In this document: positions 48,316-60,200 of the stretch, in pieces
Layout of the letters: every line of letters begins with the position of its first letter
Numbering within the stretch: position 1 is the first letter of the stretch
Assembly (NCBI GenBank): GCA_013239625.1
Contig: MU053482.1
Span: 1,153,168 to 1,217,167, forward strand
From: Lama guanicoe
Lineage: Eukaryota
Length of the DNA: 64,000 nucleotides
Reading direction: 5' to 3'
Notes under the pieces: generated by a model
Seen by the model: the letters and a program-made list of their open reading frames with translations, nothing else
Told to the model about the DNA's origin: nothing
Database searches by the model: none
Position numbers and translations under genes: made by a program

Positions 48316-49969
48316 TAATGATTATAAATATAATCATTTTGCTTTGAAATTAAAACGTTCATTGTTCTTTGCTTAATTCCCAATTAGCTCATTAATTTGA
48401 CAAATTAAATTTCCCTAGAGTTCTAAATACCAATTTCACACTTAATCAAATTCTCTTAAATGTTTCAAATTAAACAGGAAAAAACCTTATAAATCTAGCA
48501 AATAAAATTCTTCTAATATTTAAGCACTGTATAAGCAGTTGATTGACTATATTCCCTTGAACATTTCAAACTAAAGTCACAAATTTAAAATGTGATCAAA
48601 GCAAACATTTCAAATATCTAACGCAGCAGGTGTTAAATAAAATTGTTCTCAAGGACTATTAACTCATGATGCTATTAAATAAAATCTTTATACAGTTAGA
48701 TTAAATTACCTTAAGCATTTCAACATCTGAAAAATCAAACTCATAAATTTAATACATTGTATTTTCCTGAGCATTTAAACATTGACTATAAATTTAACAA
48801 GTTCTCCTAAATATATGCATTAAAATCGTAAGTCTAGTAAATTTCTACTATATCATTCCATTAAGCCTTTACTTTTAAAACATAAAGCAAAATTATGTTA
48901 TTACACTCAAATAAATATAACTTACACAGAAACGTCATTACTTCATTGTTTGTAATTCTTACTTGTTTTACCTTTCTGGCACTACAAAGTTACTTTTCCA
49001 AGTAGCAGGAGTAGAATTATTGTTCAGGTCCTCTATAGCGATTGAGATTACAGATGGCCATTCAGAGATCGGAGTCCCAAACTGCAAAGGTACAGACCTG
49101 GGACAGGGCATGGGCTGCCTCCTAGGGAGATTTCACCAGAGCTACACACTAACAAGGGAAGTCCCTTCTTGTGGGTGGCTTTTGCCAGCTGCGTTGTCAG
49201 TGGGAAATATCCTCAGGCTTTTAAAAATGGAATTTTCACGACCCAGTGCATCGCGTATATCCAAGGACCCTTTCAACTTTCACTCTTACCCAATTTTTTT
49301 TTTATCATAGATGTTTTCTTTTTCTTCCCTGATTTGACTAGATGGAATTACGCGCATGTGCGACCATGTGTGTGCGTCCGGTGGCGCATGAATACACACA
49401 CAGTTACAGTCAAGCTTCCTGATGAGGCTTCATTTACTCTCTTTTCCTTCTTATCATCCGTGATGTCAGCTACTGACAACTGTGAGCTGGTCAAGAGCAG
49501 GGTGTGCATTGGCATCTTTGTGTTTCTAGTGGTCAGCACATTTGCCTGGTGCTCAGTAAATGCTTGTTGAACGAATTAATGAATAAATATAGTGAGTGTA
49601 AACTTGGAGTAATCAACCCCAAATATCCTCTACCTAACTTCATCAGGTGGAGTAAGTTTTTCCTTGCAGTAATTCACTAACTTGCCCGTCATCCGAAAGA
49701 CCATGACAGAGCTCTTACCATTTGAATGGTGCCTCACTTACAGCCCTTGCTTCTTGCTGGTGTCTGATGAATCCCTCTCAGTAATAGCCGGCCTGTCACA
49801 CGTGTCACCATTCACCACCTCCCCCTCAAGTCTGACTTGACAATGGACCTTAACACACTTTCCTACAAAGTCTGGACTGTTCAGAATTCTTTTCTGAACT
49901 GAGAATCCTTTTTAGAAAGGCACCATAATGGAATTGGCATTCATGGTGCCATAATTTGCCATCCTGGGC

Positions 49970-50170
49970 AGAGTACTTAAGAGCACACATTTAGATCTGC
50001 AAATCCTGGCTCTGCCACTTACAAGCTTTGTTGTTTTGCTTTTCTCAGTTATCTCTGTGAAAAAGTAACTTTGGTATCTATTACGGAGGGTGAGGCATGT
50101 ATTGAATAAGGTATGCAAAGCTCTCAGGATAAAGTCAGGTGCTTGAATGCTCAATAAATAGCAGTTATTA
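49970..50170 (+). mobile_element. MIR SINE
   Basis: caaatcctggctctgccacttacaagctttg...ctcagttatctctgtgaaa...atgctcaataaatagcagttatta. Confidence 0.75.
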
Positions 50171-52969
50171 CCCAGATGGACTCTTTTTGCCTGTTGCCCC
50201 GGTCTCCTGGCTGGAAACGCAGTTGCATTCACACTGCTTCATTCTTTAACATACTGATTCTTCAAGGGGCAAGGGGGAGTGAAGACTTAAGAATACCCTC
50301 CTGGGGGAAGTCAAGAAGACTCAGATTCTGAGCGCATAGCACATGTTTCTTCACATACTTGCAGAGCTGTGGTAAGTAATAAATAGTGAGATCCCAAGAT
50401 TTCCATGCTTTTTAAATAAAAATTTAAAATACAAGTTTAACAATATTAAGTACAGTAAGATTGAATCATGTAATGAGTCACTTCAATTTTTGACAGGCTT
50501 CTTATTTCAAAGCCCTCAGCTACTTCCTGTAATCAAAGCCCATTTTCCAATTCTCGGGCAGATACCACCTAATGATCCACTTAATCTTTTCATGTTCTTA
50601 ATTTAGGGTCAGTTTCAATGGCCTGTCTCACATCAGCTGTCATTTTGGTGATCGAAATGTCACTTCACATTACAGTTTTCATTGGGACAGTTCTCATCTT
50701 TGGTTTCAATTCAATTTAATTCGAATAATCCATATGTCTCTGGACAATTGAATTTGCTTAAAATCCTCTCTGTTCAGTTAAGATCGTAACCACTACTTCC
50801 TGGTGAGGCCAGTGAAGTTCCGGATACCTCCTAAACCCCTGGTGCTGCCTGATCACACGGCTGCTGCTGCTGCCGCCGGCTGAGGTGGGCTTGACACCAG
50901 CACTGGGACCCGTGAGGCGGCCTTACGGCCATCTGTGCTTGAACCAGCTCTGCTGTCTCTGGTCTTGATGCCACAGTCTCCACCATCCCATCCCACCCCC
51001 AAACTCCTGCTGGATCAGTGCTCCTCAGAACTATAGAAAAATCTTCCCTTATACCTCATTTAACAGAGATCTTGGCTGAGAAACAGCTTATTAGGTTATC
51101 AGAGTTTAGAAAGGTGTTGTAATTTGCTTATTTTGGTATTTGTTTGTTTGAGTTTTTCCAGTCTTCTCCCCACAAGACAGACAAAAGGGGCTGAGCCACA
51201 CACAACACAAGACGCCCATGCCATACTCAAAACTGCCCTTTTCTTGGAACAACTCAACTACTTTTCTCACACCTGACTTGTATACCTGACTTTCCCTGGG
51301 AGAAGTTTGTTTCCAAGAAGTTTCTCTTATAAGACCCTTGGTGGAGATGACCCTACCAGTTGGCCAAATGTGTTGAAACTCCTTTATCCCGTCATCCTGT
51401 GGGCTGGTAGATTAAAGCATTCTGGGGCCTTAGTGGCACTGGCCAGAAGAGGGAAGCAAGGATGCTGGGGCCAGGCAGGATCAGGGCCCAGAAAACTAAC
51501 CCAGCTGAAGAAGGGGGAGACCATTTGGCCTCTCCACAGTATTCCCAGGGGCTGAGCTTGATTACAGCTAATAGCATACAAAGAAACTCACCCAAGTGAG
51601 CAAAGCCTAGCTCTGGAGGTCAGTTGGGAGCTGTTGTGTGATGTGGCCATTGGCAGCGTGGCCTCTGCTTTTGGTATTCCTGGCACGGGGACTAGTAGGA
51701 GATGGGCTGAGGTCATGGCCTGGCCCTCTAAGCAGGCCATAGGTAAGGCCATTACAAACCAGATGTAGAGTGGTCCCTTAGGCTGGGCACTCTGGGAGAG
51801 CTCTATCCAAAGCAGTCTGAAGGGACTGCTAAAATGGAGAAGTGAAACTGAGGTCACAACAGGGAAAAATGGGGTCAAATGAGATACACATGCAGGTCAC
51901 TGGCCAAGGGAATCCAGAGAAATGGATAAGAAGGTAGGAGATCGTAAGTGGGATAGGGTACCTGCTATATACCACTAGCGTGGACTGGGATTTCTGAAAG
52001 TCACCTTATCTAGCTAGATTGAGAGTGTCCAGAAAACCAAGGCAGAAGCTCAGGTATACAGACTGAGCTTCCGCAGCGCGTTTAGGAATGATGTAATCGC
52101 TAAAGCTTAAACTCTGTAGTCAGAAGGCTCGGGTTCGGATCCCAGGTCTGACACTTCGTGTGGCTTTGGGCCAGTGAATCTCATGACATCTCTGTATCCT
52201 TCAAGAAAGAACTTCAGAGGGTTCTTTTAAAGATCTGTCAAGTTCCTGTTGCAGTAGATAGTCAACCAGTGAGGGAATGAGGCACGCGGCCTCGTTGGCC
52301 AGCAGCAGCACAGCAACTCCAGACCCCTTCACGTTCCTGGATGGGGCTGAGCCTGCTGACAGTTTGCCTTCCTGATGAGGAAGGACTCAGGGATGGGCAA
52401 ACGGGAGAAGGGGCCCTGGGACCAGAGCCTGATGCGAGCGGGGAGTTGGGAGCAGAGCAGCAGCCGGTCTGGGAACGTTGTATTCGAATCACAATATCAG
52501 GCAAATATCCATTCACGTTGACCTCCTAGATCCAGAAAAGAACACTCAGGGGTACGGCTGTCCCCACACCCAGGCACACATGTCAGGGCCCTGGGCCCCA
52601 GGCAGACCTGGCTATCCTCTGCCCGTGACGCTCGGACTTGTGTTCCTTTCTCTGGTAGCCTCACTGGGTGAACATTTGATCTTGGAAACGCAGTCCATCT
52701 GCTCCAGTTGAAAATGTTTGCAGCTCTCCCATGGTTTCCATGTATGCTTTTTGTTTTTGGTGTGTCCAGGGAAGTGACTCCGGTTCTCTCTCTCTCTGTG
52801 GCGGTGGCGTCACTACCCTTAGTCTGTATTGGAAGAGGCCATGTGTTGAAATTCAGTTGAATGCGGGACTGAGTGCCACTCACAAGAGATCTTGCTACTC
52901 TAAGTCTGGGGTTGCAGTAAAAGAGCCCATCCCTCCCAGCTTGAGAACAAGGAAGGGCTGTCACACCTC

Positions 52970-53360
52970 GCAGACCCCACTCTCCCCTACCCAGCCTTAC
53001 TCCCCTCATCCACGCCTCACACCAAATTCTGACAGTGTCTCCAGTGCCCTTTCCGACCTCTGCCCAGGCCCTTCGCTCTGCTCGAAATGGCCTTCCCTCC
53101 TTCTCTCTGGATGGCCTCCCCTTCAGCCTAAATGGCCCAGCTCAAGACATCTTTCAGAACCTTCTCTGTAGACCTCCTCAATCCACACCAAATCCATCCT
53201 TCCCTCCTCCTTGCTCCTGTTGTTCAGCATCTCCCATTTTTATCTCTCCTTCTTTGAGCCCTTTGAAAGCAGAGTGTGTGTCTTCCTCATGGTGTCTGTA
53301 TCCCAGCATCTGTCACAGTGCCTGGTACTCGTCTGGTACACATTAAAAATGTGTGGATGA
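52970..53360 (+). mobile_element. L2 3' region
   Basis: ctttgaaagcagagtgtgtgtcttcctcatggtgtctgtatcccagcatctgtcacagtgcctggtac. Confidence 0.7.
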
Positions 53361-53364
53361 AAAC

Positions 53365-53649
53365 TGAAACAGACTCACAGACATAGTAAACAATCTTACG
53401 GTTATCAGAAGGAAAGAGGGTGAGAAGGGATAAATTGGGAGTTTGAGATTTGCAAATATTAACTACTATATATAAAAACAGATTTTAAAAGATTTCTTCT
53501 GTATAACACAGGGAACTATATTCAGTATCTTGTAGTAACCTATAATAAAAAAGAATATGTAAACGAATATATGTGTGTCTATGTATGACTGAAACATTAT
53601 GCTGTACACCAGAAATTGACATGTTGTAACTGACTATATTTCAATTAAA
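53365..53649 (+). mobile_element. L1 3' end (5'-truncated) with 20-bp TSD
   Basis: gaaacagactcacagacatag...gggaactatattcagtatcttgtagtaacc...atgctgtacaccagaaattgac...tcaattaaaa. TSD aaaaatgt(g/a)tg(g/a)atgaaaac at 53345-53364 and 53650-53669. Confidence 0.92.
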
Positions 53650-53701
53650 AAAAATGTATGAATGAAAACCAAAACATTCCTTTTGTTTCTTTTTCCTACA
53701 G

Positions 53702-53710
53702 AAACGATGA
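53702..53710 (+). CDS. SYT9: Synaptotagmin-9 terminal exon coding part: AAA CGA TGA (K-R-stop)
   Basis: Strong acceptor ttccttttgtttctttttcctacag at 53677-53701; phase 0 matches the previous donor. Gives ...WHSLVEKR*, matching the SYT9 C-terminus as I recall it. Confidence 0.88.
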   Translation, partial: KR

Positions 53711-56070
53711 CTTTGGGTAAGAGGACTGCTTATGCCAAGGACTCAGTAGGACAACCATCTGACAAAGACCTTTCAGTAACTTTTCCCATCCACCAACATC
53801 CAGACGACTCCAGTGACCAAATGCTCAGCTGTAACCACAGCAGTAACCGGCCCTCTTTCCAGATCGGGTTTGCTGAACGTGAAGATGGTCCAGCTGCCGT
53901 CTTCAGGTGGCCTAAGGTGGTATGCTGTAGGGGAGGCACGTCTCTTCTGGCCAAGACCCAAGCTTGGACTATGGAAGAAACCAGCTGATACAGTGAGAGT
54001 GCCAAGAGCACCGAGCGTACCAGGACTCTTAGTGATTAACATGAGGCCCTTCCTTGGTGATGGGGTCGCAGCCGCTGCCCTGGCAGTGTCACTCTGACAT
54101 GATGTTATTTTGCTTGAAGGCCCTGGAAGGACAGAATATTTTAAAATCTCTCCAGGTGCTACACAGGCAGCAGATCTAATTCACCCTGGACTACCACTGA
54201 GATAATACCTTGTCTCCAGAAAATAATTTCACCCAAGAAGTACTCTAGCTTTGCAGGGAATAGCCCCAGCAGAGTCATAGAATAAGCAGGCTGTTACCCT
54301 GGAGACAAAGTGGGCTCAAGTGCAAGGAGGGCTAGTTCACCGCAAGTTCACTGCCACTCCCACATCCACGGCAGTGAGTACCAGTTGATCGTGGCCCTCT
54401 CTTCCACTAAACCCAGGTTCCGAGGAGTCAGAATCCCCAGCACTGTTTTTGAGATAGCCACCAGCCTCTTCCTTTCAACTGGTGTTGGCAATCGGGATGA
54501 AAGTTCATCGTCAGCCCTAACTGTTAGAGAGGCGGACATCTGGATGGTGGAATACCTTTTCCCAGGTGCATTTGTCCACTGAGGGAACAGCCTCAGATAC
54601 AGATGTACCATTGGGTGAGCTGAGTTCATGGAGAGATGACACAGCTGGCCCCTGACTGAAGGCACACCTTTGGGGCCTCTTTGGCCTGAATGCCTTCTGG
54701 GGTATTTCCATATGCAACTGCCCAGAGGTGTAGCCTCGGCAGCCACAGACAGGTTTCCTTTCACTTCCAGACACATACATCACTTTCACAGCACTTGGGG
54801 AATGGAAATACCTACAAGAGTGAAGGTGAAGGGCTCTCCCCGGGTATCTCATTCATTACTCAGCTTCCTTTGTGACCACATCAGCCAACCCACTGCCAGC
54901 TGTGTTCCCCATCCTCATTGCTTCTGCCTCCCTACAAATGAAACCAAAGGCCTCAGCATGCGCTGGGGGTGGGGGTTTTTACCCAGTGGTCCTCTGTCTC
55001 CCGTTATGGGTATAGGGTACCCCGTCCGTACATTGGCACCACTTCTCCAAGATAGCGTTTGCCTTTCACACAGTCCCTTTGCAGCGGAATCCAGAGTTGG
55101 ATTGTAGTATACCTTCCTGGGAAGCTCATTATCTTCATTTGAATTAACATTTCCATGTGAGAGTAACCGGGTGGAAGGAGAGTCATCACATGTCTTCAGA
55201 AAGTCCTTGTTGCTACAGCTGCCCGGTGCAGGAAGCTACCCTGATGTCAGATCTAAAAAGGATGGAGGCCTTTGGTTGGGCGAAGCCATGTTACTGCATT
55301 CCAGCTTCACTTGATCCCCTGCCTGCCTAATCCATTCCCATCTCTGATTGGCTCTCAACTTCCAGGGTCCAAAGGGAACCCAAGTTTCTGCCTATGTCTG
55401 TTGACATGAGAAGAATTCAACTTTCTTTGCCCAAGGTTCCCCTCTGCCTGTTCCTCCCTTCAGACATCTTCCTCCATACCAGTGTTTAGAACCAAAGCAT
55501 GAAGGACTAGTGCCAGCAAGATGGTCAGCAGAAATGCTCTCTCTAGATCCAGGCAGATGAACCCAGAAGGATGGTCCCAGAGAAACCAGACTGGCCCCAG
55601 TAGATAATCAGGCAGCCATCCCAATAAACTTCGAATTATCCTTGCACTGGGAGCCTGGGCAGGAGCTCAGGGGCAGCTGTGCCTGTCCTTCCCCACCCCA
55701 AGATCTTCCTGCCTAGAGAGCTAGCAGCCCTGGGGTACTAATGAGCATGCTGCGGGCCTGTGGGTATGAAATAGAAGGTGGCTTTGTAGGGGCCAGGAGG
55801 CAAAGAGGCAGGCAGGTGGCTTGTGTCTGGAAAACTCTGCCTAGCAAAGCTGTGGCCAGAGGCTGGTAAGAAATTTGAACTCCCTGAGCCCTTCTACAGC
55901 TCTGCCTCTGTTCTCTTGCATTCTGTTTGGTTTCCCTTTAGTTTCCTAGTAAATGTTTCTTTTGAAAAATTCCAACCTTGTTTCATTGGACTGGGGTGGG
56001 GTGGGGAAGGGGATTCTGCAATATCTTTTCCAGGATAGAGAAGGAAATTAAAGTACCTTGGAAAAATGGA
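53711..56070 (+). other. SYT9: SYT9 3'UTR (end approximate)
   Basis: Follows the stop codon. Candidate poly(A) signals are AATAAA 55623-55628 and ATTAAA 56047-56052; the cleavage site cannot be determined from sequence. Confidence 0.6.
54320..54519 (-). mobile_element. hAT DNA transposon remnant (MER102-like) in the 3'UTR
   Basis: gtgttggcaatcgggatgaaagttcatcgtcagccct and gtcagaatcc resemble the recalled MER102 end; family uncertain. Confidence 0.4.
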
Positions 56071-56549
56071 AATGGCAATGAAAAGGGATACACCCTTGTT
56101 GCATCTTAGAAAGAGACCTTGGAGAAAGCTGGGTCCAAGAGGTGGGGAGAAACCAGGTGCCTCCCTCACTCACCTGGCACTGATTCTCAGCCCCTTCCTG
56201 TTGCAGCCTTTGTCTTCAGGGAGATCTGCCTTGGATGTGTGTTACTGCAAAAAGCATCTTCCTGGCCAGTGAACTGGGCACATTCAGCAGGTTATGTGAT
56301 GTCCAGGAAGGAACAACAGGCAATGTGATGACCAGGGGAGGAACAGGGGAGGGAAGGGGAAGGAGTGATTTTCAAAATGTTCCAACAATCAAGACTCTAT
56401 ATGGAATTTAGTCGTCACAGCCATCATTAGAACTGTTTCATGTGAAGAGAAGAAAGGCATACTCTCATGCTTAAGCCAACGAGGCTGACAGAAAACAGGT
56501 ATGGAAAATGTCTTGTGACCTTCATGGCCATTCTGTTATACAGTGGTGG

Positions 56550-57260
56550 GTGCTCCAATTACCTATTGCTGCTTAACAAAACTCTACAAAGCTTAATGGC
56601 TTGAAATGAAAGCTGTTATCTCTCATGATTATGGCAATTGGAGGAGCTTAGGTGATTGGTCTCTTAGAGTCTCTCTGGTTTTTTCCCCCCTAAAGACTTA
56701 GGACTTTCCTATCTGCTGGGATTGTTTTGTTTTGTTCTGTTTTTGTTTTGTTTGTTTGTTTTTTAAGCCCAATTCCTTCTCTTTTTTCCCCCCTTAACGG
56801 AGACACTGGGGATTGAACCCAGGACCTCATGCACACCAAGCATATGCTCTGCCACTGAGCTGTACCCCCGCCCTCTTGGAGTCTCATGGCTGCTGTCAGA
56901 TGGCAGTGGAGGCTGGTATCATCTGACGGCCTGGCCAGGCAGGACATCCATGATGGGCTTTGCTCACATGTCTGGCTCCGCTGGAGGCTGACTGGACATC
57001 TCTCTCCACATAGTCTCTCCATGTGGTTAGCTTGTGCTTCCTCACAATGTGGAGGTCTGGAGGTTGTCAGACTTGCATCCTGCTGGCTTCCCCCCAGGCT
57101 AACATTGCAAGAGGTCCCAGTAGTTTCTACAAGGTTATTCTAAATAACCTCAGAAGTAACACAGGGTCGTTCCCACCATAGACTCTTGGTCAAGAGCAAG
57201 TCACAGGGCCTGCCTAGATTCAAGGGGAAAGGATTTCACAAGAATGGAATACCAGAAGGC
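56550..57260 (-). mobile_element. MaLR LTR (MLT1H-like) interrupted by a SINE
   Basis: acctattgctgcttaacaaaactctacaaagcttaatggcttgaaa...ttcctcacaatgtgg...gcaagtcacagggcctgcctagattcaagggga. Confidence 0.8.
56674..56872 (-). mobile_element. Camelid-type SINE with an extended unique 3' tail
   Basis: SINE core ~56795-56872; 13-bp TSD ctctt(a/g)gagtctc at 56661-56673 and 56873-56885. Confidence 0.88.
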
Positions 57261-60200
57261 GTGGCTCAGGGGACGGCTTTGGGGATAGTAGGGATGGGAG
57301 TGGAGGGGGTGGTGTCACTGAATCCGCGGGCTTCTGGGATAGCTGTCACTTTAAAAGCACATGCAATACTTAACACGCAGGAGGGTGGAGTGGGGAGGTC
57401 GGAGGGCCAGAGGAGGCGGGGAGGGGCTACCCCTGGACAGAGCTGAGCTCAAGAAAGGCAAATCGCTGCGATTGCTGCAGAGCTTAGGATGTCACCAGAA
57501 ACCCTGGAGGAAAAACCTGATTATTGTCTTTCTACTGACTGCTTAAAAGCTTCAGCTGAATCCTTTGTTCCCTCCTCAGAGTAAAGGTGCAGACAAGACA
57601 CCCCCATGCTTGGGAACATACTTAGGAAAATGCCAAGTATGTAAGTAGAAGTTGTTTGTCCTTCTGAAGACTTCACTTCAGAATTATTGCTGCTAGTTAA
57701 GCGAGGGATTTTATCACGTCTAGTCTGAATGAGCAAAACTCTGCCGGTTGTCCCCGCGTGAGGTCCCCATGTGGCTAGTGTTGCCATGGTGCCTTCTCCA
57801 GTCCGCCCCTCCGTCTCGCCGCAGTCCTGCCCCTGCCATGTGGCATAGTCAGGGTCGCTCTGCTACCCTTCCCTCCACCCTGGCCTCCTCCTAGCTCAGC
57901 CCCCTCGCTAGAACTTTCAAAGCAAATTTATAGAAGGTGATGTCATGAACTGAGAAAAGGACATCAACATGGCTGTGCCTGTGACCAAAAACAGTGTCCG
58001 CAGCCTGGGTGTGGAGCCTCAGTTCTGCAGACCATTCCGCTGCCCATGGCTACCCCCTTCCCCAATGGCCACGGAGAGCGTCCAGCCTGGGAGTGCCCCG
58101 GAACGGTCACGCACACTCAGGCCAGAGAAGACGGCCTCACCTGTTGCTTTACTGTCGCATTCTAGATCCCTGTGAAGAATGTCTCTCTCTCATAGGATTT
58201 CTGTGCTGCTCGGAGCACAACCAGAGGCAAAGAGTGGCCAGTGAGCCCTCTCTGAGACTCAGGTTTTCTCAGTGATGGGACTTTCTGACTCCTTCCCCTC
58301 CAGTCCTTTCTCAGAGCCAAAGAGAGGTGATAACCCCACAATATCCTTTTAACAGTCACCCGTGGGCACCGCTCTAACTGCAGACCCCGTGATCCCTGCC
58401 AGAGGTGCTGCCTGGCACCTTAACTTCTAAGTCAGAGGTAAGTCACAGACAGGGTCCAGAGAATTCTAGTGTGTGTCTGAGATGCCCTTTCCAAAGAAGA
58501 GATGCATATGAGCGGGGCCCTTCCATTGTAGCATACGCTGTTCTACCTTCCTCCAACTTCAGGTCAAACAGGCTGACCTTCGTGGAAGAAGTAAAATAGT
58601 AAAGCTCAGGAAAAGATAGTCATCAGAAAAAAATTGCCCCACCAGTTGAGGAAATATCCCAGAGAAGACCTGTAGGACAACTGCAAGGAAAATAGGGGAA
58701 AGAGAGTGTTGGCTGTTGTGGGAGCTGCAGAAGATGAGCCCTGGCCCTCACTTCAAAGCCCACGTGTAAGGCAGAGAAGCTCTGATCAGTGCCAGGGACC
58801 TGCCTCCACTGCTGCTGATGTCAGAGGCGAAGCCGCCTTTGCACAGTCTCCCAGGAGAACAGGTCACAGCTCTCTAAGGACAGTGGCAGAACACACTTCT
58901 TCCTTCTTCCACTCGGAAGGCTTACTTGTCACTTGCTAGAGTCCTGGGGCAAAGGGGCTACAAAATTAAACCAGCAGGATAATCGCTTCTGTCCCCTCGC
59001 TCCCTGGTGTCTTTTCACTGTGTCCCGGCGCTCTGGACATGGGGAGGACTAAGGATCAAGACTGAAGATGACCTCAGGATCAAGAGCCGCCTGGAAGTCC
59101 AATGCTTTGGCTAAGTCTCAGTGGCATCAGTGTCCCCCCTCTCATCCACAGGCAGCTGATGACCCTCATGGACCATCTCCTGGTAGGTAAGAGGAGAACA
59201 GGCCAGAGGGACCTGAACTCATTGCTACTGCCTCCCCAGACTCCACCATACGGTAGCTTTCTCTGCGAAGGCTGGGTGGGCATTGCCAGACAGTTTTTAA
59301 AAAGCATATTTATCAGTGTAAAGATTATTGATGATAACACCACATCTTACAGTTTACAATGCATGGTATCATTTTTATCCCTTCTTTTTATTTTTTGAAA
59401 ATTGAACTTGTGATTCCAAACAGTAAGGTAGTTAAAAAAAAAAAAGTAACTTCTTGGCTCCATACTAAATTTACTGTAGTTATTATTCCAATTAATTATC
59501 CATTGTATTAAAGCTATTTCCAGACCAGTATTTGACATAGTAATAGGGATGGCTTTTCTTGTCAAGTAAACATTATCTCCAAGACACTGACTTTTTCACA
59601 ATTCAGATAAACATAAACTTCTTGCATGGCAACAGTAGCTAGATTTGAAATTTCAAAGAAAGACTTTCTCAAATTCACCAAACTCAAAGCTTTCGAGTAA
59701 TAATAAAATCATTTCTTCAAATACCTGAAGATATTTGTATTCAGGACCTCAGAGATGAGCTTATGGACTGTCTAAACTGATAAATAAATCTTCCAGAAAC
59801 AAATTTTACCTTCATCTCAGAAACGAAATGATTTTTTTAAAGTATTTATTTTTCCTCAAGGAGTTTTGTAATCAGTGAAGATTGCTTAAGTCTAAAATTG
59901 GATCCAGAAAGGTTCACAGACTTTCTTAGACAAACAGCAAATTTGTATTATGTCCCAACATTATGGTCAGTATTTTAAAATTTTGTTTTCTACTTGGAAA
60001 GAGTGAATATATAAATGTTCTATGGAGAATAAGATGCCCCCAGAGTCCTGGGCAAAGCCCCCTGGAGAGAAATAAGGTGTCTCCCCTACCATAAAAAATG
60101 AAAGAACACCAAATGCTATTTTCCAAACTAGGACTCCCGGGGTTGAAAGTATTTCAACTAAAGTAAATATTTTTCTAAAATATGTATCAATTTTGTTTTG

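Larger units (their letters stand above)
10860..53701 (+). other. SYT9: SYT9 last intron, 42,842 nt (GT...AG)
   Basis: Defined by the donor at 10860 and the acceptor ending at 53701. Confidence 0.85.
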
